Part shown: piece after piece, positions 58,601-64,000 of the stretch | How positions within the stretch are numbered: position 1 is the first letter of the stretch | How the letters are laid out: each line of letters opens with the position of its first letter | Assembly: GCA_965222575.1 (NCBI GenBank) | Contig: OZ244958.1 | Location: 992,001-1,056,000, forward strand | Direction of reading: 5' to 3' | Source: Alphaproteobacteria bacterium | GTDB lineage: Bacteria; Pseudomonadota; Alphaproteobacteria; G965222575 | DNA length: 64,000 nucleotides | Made by a program: the position numbers and the translations under genes | Notes under the pieces: model-generated | The model's input: only the letters and a program-made list of their open reading frames with translations | The model's database searches: none | What the model was told of the DNA's origin: nothing

Positions 58601-59892
58601 GTGAGCAAGGAAGGTACTGCCAGTGGGTATTAGGGGTCTTTTGTCTGTTGCTTTTAGGGAGTCTTTTTGGTTGCGGGAGTGATCGCGAGGTAGCTGAAGG
58701 GGAAAAGATAGAAGTTTTTTTTCCAAGTTCTTCCCTTGCTGTAGACCCGCTGTTGGAGGGAGTAGCAGTTTTTTTACCGAGGGCGGAGGAGAATAGTGTT
58801 TGGCCTTTGAACAAAGGGAATTTGAAGGTAGTCTCTTGGGATGGTGATATTAGTCCTACATGGAAAGTAAAGCTTGGGGCTCCTCAGGGTGTTGCGCATT
58901 TTACTGTGCCGCCCTTGATATCCGAGGGGAAGGTTTATGTACTAGATGGGCAATGGGTTCTACATGTTTTAGATCTTAAGACGGGAAAAAGGCTGTGGAA
59001 GAAGTCTCTTTTAACGCGAAAGGAAGATGAATCTCTTGTGTTTTCTGGTGGCATAAGCAAGGAAGAGGACATTCTGTATGTTTCCACGGGACTTGGAGAC
59101 CTTTTTGCCCTTACGGAGGAGGGGGAGACCATTTGGGTGTATAAGGATACGACTCCTGTGCGGTCTGCCCCTGTGATAGGAGAAACAATGGTGGTGATTG
59201 CGCTGATTAGTGGGAAGACTCTTGCTTTGGATAAAAAGACCGGTGAAAAACAGTGGACGAATTTGGCGCCTGTGAAGCCTTTGATGTTTTATCCCCAGAA
59301 GTTTCCTGTTTTTGCAGAAGGAGTTTTTTTAGTCCCTGCCTCTTCTTCTCATTTATTAGCGCTGGAGGAGAAAACAGGCAATTTGCTTTGGTCTACTCCT
59401 GTTGCTGGCGAGCGATCGCTTAAAACGGAACTGGAACAGATTGCTAATGTTGTTGGCATGCCTGTGGTGGAAAGAGATAAAGTGTTTGTGTTAGGCAACA
59501 GGCATGTGGTGATGGCTCTTGACATTTTATCTGGTATACCAAGGTGGTCTTTGGACATTGGGAGTTATTATGGCCCTTGGTATGCGGGGAATACCTTGTT
59601 TTTTGTGACTGAAGAGAATCAGTTGGTGGCACTGAGTTCTGAGGGCAAAGTGCGGTGGGTGAGCCAGATACCGCTTCAAGAAGGAAAGACGCGACTCATT
59701 TGGATGGGGCCTGTTTTGGTGGACTCAAAACTGTTTTTGCTTTCTCATATGGGAAGTCTTTTAGTGGTTGATGGACAAAATGGAAAAATTCTACAAGAGC
59801 ACGAATTGACCTCCTCTGTGTATCTTGCGCCTATGTTTGCAGAAGGGAAGATGCTGGTGATAAACAACAGGGGTTATGTGCTGTGTTGGTAG
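58597..59892 (+). CDS. bamB: BamB-like PQQ beta-propeller lipoprotein
   Basis: Lipobox LFGC; repeated LDxxTGxxxW blades; synteny with der. Confidence 0.8.
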   Translation: MSEQGRYCQWVLGVFCLLLLGSLFGCGSDREVAEGEKIEVFFPSSSLAVDPLLEGVAVFLPRAEENSVWPLNKGNLKVVSWDGDISPTWKVKLGAPQGVAHFTVPPLISEGKVYVLDGQWVLHVLDLKTGKRLWKKSLLTRKEDESLVFSGGISKEEDILYVSTGLGDLFALTEEGETIWVYKDTTPVRSAPVIGETMVVIALISGKTLALDKKTGEKQWTNLAPVKPLMFYPQKFPVFAEGVFLVPASSSHLLALEEKTGNLLWSTPVAGERSLKTELEQIANVVGMPVVERDKVFVLGNRHVVMALDILSGIPRWSLDIGSYYGPWYAGNTLFFVTEENQLVALSSEGKVRWVSQIPLQEGKTRLIWMGPVLVDSKLFLLSHMGSLLVVDGQNGKILQEHELTSSVYLAPMFAEGKMLVINNRGYVLCW

Positions 59893-59907
59893 ACTGGGAA
59901 GGGGGAG

Positions 59908-61218
59908 ATGAAATTTGTTATTGTTGGCCGTCCCAATGTTGGGAAATCTACATTTTTTAACCGCTTTTCAAGGCGGCGCTCTTTAGTGCATGAAGAAGCG
60001 GGGACTACAAGGGATGTCAAAAAGGGACAGGGGCAATTAGAGGCGCTCTCTTTTACACTTATTGATACAGCTGGGTTTATGTCTAAGCCTCAAGGGGAGT
60101 TGCACAAGGGCATGATGGAGAAAATGTTGCAAGCTGTAAGAGAAGCGGACGGGGTGCTGTTTATGATTGATAATAGTGTGGGGCTTATTCCTCTGGATTT
60201 AGAGATTGCTAGGCTGTTGAGAAAAGAAAACAAGCCTATTGTCGTGGTGGCTAATAAGAGTGATAAGAGAGGCTCTTTGGAAGAGGGATTTGCTTTAGGA
60301 TTTGGTGCCCCTGTAGCGTTTTCTGCTCTCCACAGTAGAGGATATGAAACATTGTATGAGAGGCTTTTGCCTTTTTGTCGGTCTTCTGTTAGTGAGTACA
60401 AGAAAGAGAAACGTGTTGTCCTCTGTTTGGTAGGACAACCCAATGTGGGGAAATCGACCTTACTGAATTCTTTGGTGGGGTCGGAAGAGCTGTTGACGTC
60501 TACTGCTGCTGGTACCACTCAGGATTCCATTGAAATCCCTTTTCGATGGAGGAACAAGGATTTTTCACTTATAGATACAGCAGGATTAAGAAGTAAAGTG
60601 AAAATTACGCGTTCTTTGGAGCAATCCTGTGCCGCTATTGCCTTGTCTGAGATGGAACGGAGTGATGTGGGGGTTTTGATATTGGAGGCTATGGCGCCGG
60701 TTTCCAAGCAAAGTCTGAAAATAGCCAATACCCTCTTCAGTAAGGGAAAAACAGTCATTGTAGGGCTGAATAAATGGGATTTGCTTGGGAAAGAGTTTCG
60801 TCTGCATACAGAAAAGGAAGCCTTACGGTATTTGCAAAGCTGCTTACCTCAGGCAGGGATTCGGAAGATTTATCCTATTTGCGCTAAGGAAGGCAAGGGT
60901 CTGGAGGCTTTAATGCGTGGGGCTTGTGACGCTTATGATGCTTGGAGAACGCACATTCCTACTGCCCGTCTTAATAAATGGATTAAAGAGCTGGACTGTC
61001 ACTTGCCTCCGCTTATCAAAGGGAGACGTTGGAAGTGTCGTTATCTTCACCAAGCTTCTGTGGCCCCTCCGGGTTTTGTCTTTTTTGCATCTCTTAAAAC
61101 TCCTCCGCCTGCATCTTACAGGCGGTTCTTGGAGAATCAACTCAGGAAGTCCTTTAATCTTTATAACACTCCCCTCAAGATTTTGATAAAAAAAGACCCT
61201 AATCCTTATGATTCTTAA
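59908..61218 (+). CDS. der: Ribosome biogenesis GTPase Der (EngA)
   Basis: Two G domains (GRPNVGKST and GQPNVGKST, DTAG twice); KH-like C-terminus. Confidence 0.95.
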   Translation: MKFVIVGRPNVGKSTFFNRFSRRRSLVHEEAGTTRDVKKGQGQLEALSFTLIDTAGFMSKPQGELHKGMMEKMLQAVREADGVLFMIDNSVGLIPLDLEIARLLRKENKPIVVVANKSDKRGSLEEGFALGFGAPVAFSALHSRGYETLYERLLPFCRSSVSEYKKEKRVVLCLVGQPNVGKSTLLNSLVGSEELLTSTAAGTTQDSIEIPFRWRNKDFSLIDTAGLRSKVKITRSLEQSCAAIALSEMERSDVGVLILEAMAPVSKQSLKIANTLFSKGKTVIVGLNKWDLLGKEFRLHTEKEALRYLQSCLPQAGIRKIYPICAKEGKGLEALMRGACDAYDAWRTHIPTARLNKWIKELDCHLPPLIKGRRWKCRYLHQASVAPPGFVFFASLKTPPPASYRRFLENQLRKSFNLYNTPLKILIKKDPNPYDS

Positions 61219-61885
61219 GCATATCTTCCAAAGTGAGTAAATCCTCCCATACTTCGCGTTTTTTAATGGGATTACGTAAAAGATAAGCTGGGTGGAAGGT
61301 TGCTAAAATGGGATAGTTGTGGGGGTCAATGACTAGAGAGAGGGGGGTACCTCTGGTTTTTGTAATGGAGGGGTGGTGAGGGAAGAGGGTAGAGAGGGCG
61401 ACACTGCCTACTAAGAGTAATACTTGGGGGGCATTGAGGACAATATGGTGATATAGAAAGGGGAGCATAAGAGATAATTCCTCTTTAGAGGGTTTTCTGT
61501 TATCGGGGGGTCTCCAAGGGATGACATTGGTAATATAGACATTTTTTTCACGGGTATAGCCGATACAGGATAAGAGTTCATCTAGTAATTTTCCTGCTTG
61601 TCCTACAAAGGGTTTTCCTTGTTTATCTTCTTCTTGTCCTGGGGCTTCTCCGATAATCATGAGAGGGCTGTGAGGAATACCGTCGGCAAATACTGTGCGG
61701 TTGGCGTCTTGTTTGAGGGGGCATCCTTCGAATGCTTCTATGGCCTCTCTGAGGTGTTCGAGGGTTTGGCACTCGGCCAGTGTTTTTTCATGAGGAGTAG
61801 GAGAGGAGGGGTGATTTTTTATTGTAAAAGTCCCCCCTAATTCGGTGTGGGTAAAAAGCGTGCCGAGTCGTTTTGAGGAGGACAT
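61199..61885 (-). CDS. Family 4 uracil-DNA glycosylase
   Basis: IGEAPGQEED, PFVGQAGKLL, WRPPDNRKP and TFHPAYLLR. Confidence 0.92.
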   Translation of the reverse strand: MSSSKRLGTLFTHTELGGTFTIKNHPSSPTPHEKTLAECQTLEHLREAIEAFEGCPLKQDANRTVFADGIPHSPLMIIGEAPGQEEDKQGKPFVGQAGKLLDELLSCIGYTREKNVYITNVIPWRPPDNRKPSKEELSLMLPFLYHHIVLNAPQVLLLVGSVALSTLFPHHPSITKTRGTPLSLVIDPHNYPILATFHPAYLLRNPIKKREVWEDLLTLEDMLKNHKD

Positions 61886-62021
61886 TGGGGTGGTTTTTTT
61901 TACCTGAGTTTAGGATAAGTATAGCAAAAAATTCTCTTGTGTTCTTTTGTTGTTTTTTGGGGTTAAGGGTATTTTGAGAACAAGGGGGAAAAATAGAGGT
62001 ATAGAGCAATATGTATAGCAT

Positions 62022-62933
62022 ATGATAGATCGGGATTTTTATACTATATTGGGTGTTGATAGGAGTTGCACGGGGGCGGAGGTTAAGCGTGCTTATCAGG
62101 AGTTAGCAAAGGTTTATCACCCTGATAGGTATCATTATAGCAGTGAGGAATCTGGGAGGAGGGCATCTGAGAGGTTTAAGGATATTTCTGCGGCGTATAG
62201 GGTGTTATCATCGCCGCCTAAGCGTGCAGCGTATGATGCAATGCGTCGGAGGGAGGGGGGGAGGAGGTCTTCTGTGAGGGAGGCGAGGGTGAGAGAGAAT
62301 TTTTCTTCTGGTTCGGTTTTTGAGGATTTATTTTCCAGTGTATTTAGCAATCTAGGAGGGGAGGGGGCGAGTGCTCGTCCTGTGCGGAGGCCTGTGCGGG
62401 GTAAGGATGTAGAGGTGGAGGTAAGTATGTCTTTTGAGGAGGCGGTGAGGGGATGTGTAAAAACGCTTGTTATTGGGGGGTGCAAACTGAAGGTACGGTT
62501 TCAGGAGGGGTTAGATGAGGGGGATATTTTGCGTCTTCAAGGGCGTGGAGAGCCCGGAAGGGAGGGGGGAGACAATGGGGATGGTTTTGTGAAAATTGCC
62601 TCTATAACGGCTCATGATATCTTTCAGCGTCAGGGACGAAATATTATGGTTGAGGTTCCGATTTCACTTAAGGAGGCGGTTTTAGGCAGTTTGGTTTCCG
62701 TTCCGACAATCTGGGGGATGGTAAAGGTTCAAACGCCTCCTAATTTGGAACGCAATACCTCTTTGAGAGTCAAGGGCAAGGGCATAAGAACACGAAAAGG
62801 CACAGGAGACCAATATGTGCAGTTGACGATACAGCTACCGCGCAAGAATTTAGAATTGAAGAAGTTTCTGATTTCTTGGCAGGAGTCAAAGGCTTTTTTA
62901 CGCATTGAACAGTATCCTAGCATTATCAAGTAA
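62022..62933 (+). CDS. Class B J-domain protein (CbpA/DnaJ-like, no zinc finger)
   Basis: J-domain with HPD, G/F-rich linker and DnaJ C-terminal domain; no CxxCxGxG repeats. Confidence 0.88.
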   Translation: MIDRDFYTILGVDRSCTGAEVKRAYQELAKVYHPDRYHYSSEESGRRASERFKDISAAYRVLSSPPKRAAYDAMRRREGGRRSSVREARVRENFSSGSVFEDLFSSVFSNLGGEGASARPVRRPVRGKDVEVEVSMSFEEAVRGCVKTLVIGGCKLKVRFQEGLDEGDILRLQGRGEPGREGGDNGDGFVKIASITAHDIFQRQGRNIMVEVPISLKEAVLGSLVSVPTIWGMVKVQTPPNLERNTSLRVKGKGIRTRKGTGDQYVQLTIQLPRKNLELKKFLISWQESKAFLRIEQYPSIIK

Positions 62934-62939
62934 GAGACA

Positions 62940-63407
62940 GTGACGATACAGCTAGAAACCTTTTCTAATTTTGCGTTGAAGGCAGGGTCTTTTTCAAAGG
63001 AGGAGAAGGCGATTTCTCTACATCCGGATGGTCGTTCACTGATTTGTTGCAAGAAAGCCACACTTCCAAAGTCTTTGGAATACCTTATTGGTAAGGAAAG
63101 AAAAGCGCTTAAGTCTCAACAGCATTCATTTTCAGGGCCTTCTTCTTGTTATGGATATCGTCTTTTAAATCGTGTTGTGTCTTGTGTTGAGCTATCCAGT
63201 GTGCAAGAGCCGAGGGTGGAGAGAGCACTAGGGCAAATGCGTGCGAAATTGGCTTTCACGGAACTCCTTCACAAGGAACACCAAAAGGGAGCAAAACGCA
63301 TACTGGATATCTTATTTTCAGAGGACCCTACAGCCCCTTTGTCCTTAGACCTTATCCGGAAGTCCTTTGACATGCTGAAAGAGACTTGTAAAGAACCGCA
63401 CTTGTGA
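62940..63407 (+). CDS. Hypothetical protein
   Basis: 155 aa ORF on the gene-dense strand between the dnaJ-like gene and ridA; no confident family. Confidence 0.55.
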   Translation: MTIQLETFSNFALKAGSFSKEEKAISLHPDGRSLICCKKATLPKSLEYLIGKERKALKSQQHSFSGPSSCYGYRLLNRVVSCVELSSVQEPRVERALGQMRAKLAFTELLHKEHQKGAKRILDILFSEDPTAPLSLDLIRKSFDMLKETCKEPHL

Positions 63408-63447
63408 CTAAACTGAGAGAAATGGTATCTTACAAACGAGAAGGAAA

Positions 63448-63816
63448 ATGGTTATTCAACGTTATGCCGGGGGCAAGCTCCCGTATTCCAAGTCTGTTAG
63501 GGCTGGGAATTTTTTATATGTTTCTGGACAGATTCCTGTAAACGAAGAAGGGAAAATCATAGGGGGCAGTATTAAAGAACAAACACAGTTGGTGATGGAG
63601 AATTTACAAAAGGCTTTGTTGGAAGCCGGTTATACTTTCAAGGATGTGGTGAAGACCACTTGTTGGCTTACCAATCAAAACCAGTTTGGGGATTTTAATG
63701 AGGTTTATCTGCAATATGTCTCTGAAGCCCTTCCTGCCCGCGCTTGCGTCATCACCGGTATGGTAGCAGCGTTTGATGTAGAAGTCGAGGCTGTCGCTTA
63801 TGCTAACGTACCCTAA
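63448..63816 (+). CDS. ridA: RidA (YjgF/UK114) family enamine deaminase
   Basis: PYSKSV, LYVSGQIP, FNEVY, PARAC and VEVEAVA. Confidence 0.9.
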   Translation: MVIQRYAGGKLPYSKSVRAGNFLYVSGQIPVNEEGKIIGGSIKEQTQLVMENLQKALLEAGYTFKDVVKTTCWLTNQNQFGDFNEVYLQYVSEALPARACVITGMVAAFDVEVEAVAYANVP

Positions 63817-64000
63817 CTTGTAGTGTAAATTGGAGTCGAGGAATGGAGGGGGTGTGGAGAAGGTTTTTTTTTATGAGGGAGATTAACTTGGTGTTGCAAA
63901 GGAAGAGAACCTTTTGTATAGTGGGATTTGTGTGTTTTGTTAGAACTCTTTTGAGGTAGTGTGAGCAAGCGGTTAAAAGCGAAGTATAAGATTGACAGGC

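Noticed and set aside
2485-63061. Numerous 60-200 aa ORFs antisense to or nested in well-supported genes
   Set aside because: They overlap confident housekeeping genes and carry no motifs; they are expected shadow ORFs

Overview
This is a gene-dense chromosomal segment of what is most likely a host-associated alphaproteobacterium. The inference rests on long-form class II NrdJ, nadE-gltX, carA-carB-greA...lrp, ccmAB, paired DsbA-like genes and yfgM-bamB-der. The + strand is strongly G/T-rich, and several operons appear broken up. Most of the window is housekeeping genes. The accessory content is: (i) a Panacea (DUF4065) antitoxin plus a candidate toxin next to tRNA-Thr(CGT); (ii) a module of two outer-membrane barrels, an MMPL/RND transporter and a LolA-like protein; (iii) five paralogous small beta-barrel OMP genes interrupted by a ~2.4 kb non-coding mosaic repeat array, with ~19 copies of a ~38 bp core (G-quadruplex-like on the minus strand) separated by shuffled modules, which is the most unusual element here; (iv) carA split by a +1 frame change at an in-frame CTT-AGG-C; (v) a dockerin-like protein paired with a prepilin-like protein; and (vi) a six-gene non-flagellar type III secretion block (sctJ-K-L-Q-R-S) whose SctQ-like protein carries a nine-unit Pro-rich tandem repeat. 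Two single-base frameshifts mean assembly error cannot be excluded. All calls come from reading motifs by eye; no database searches were run.
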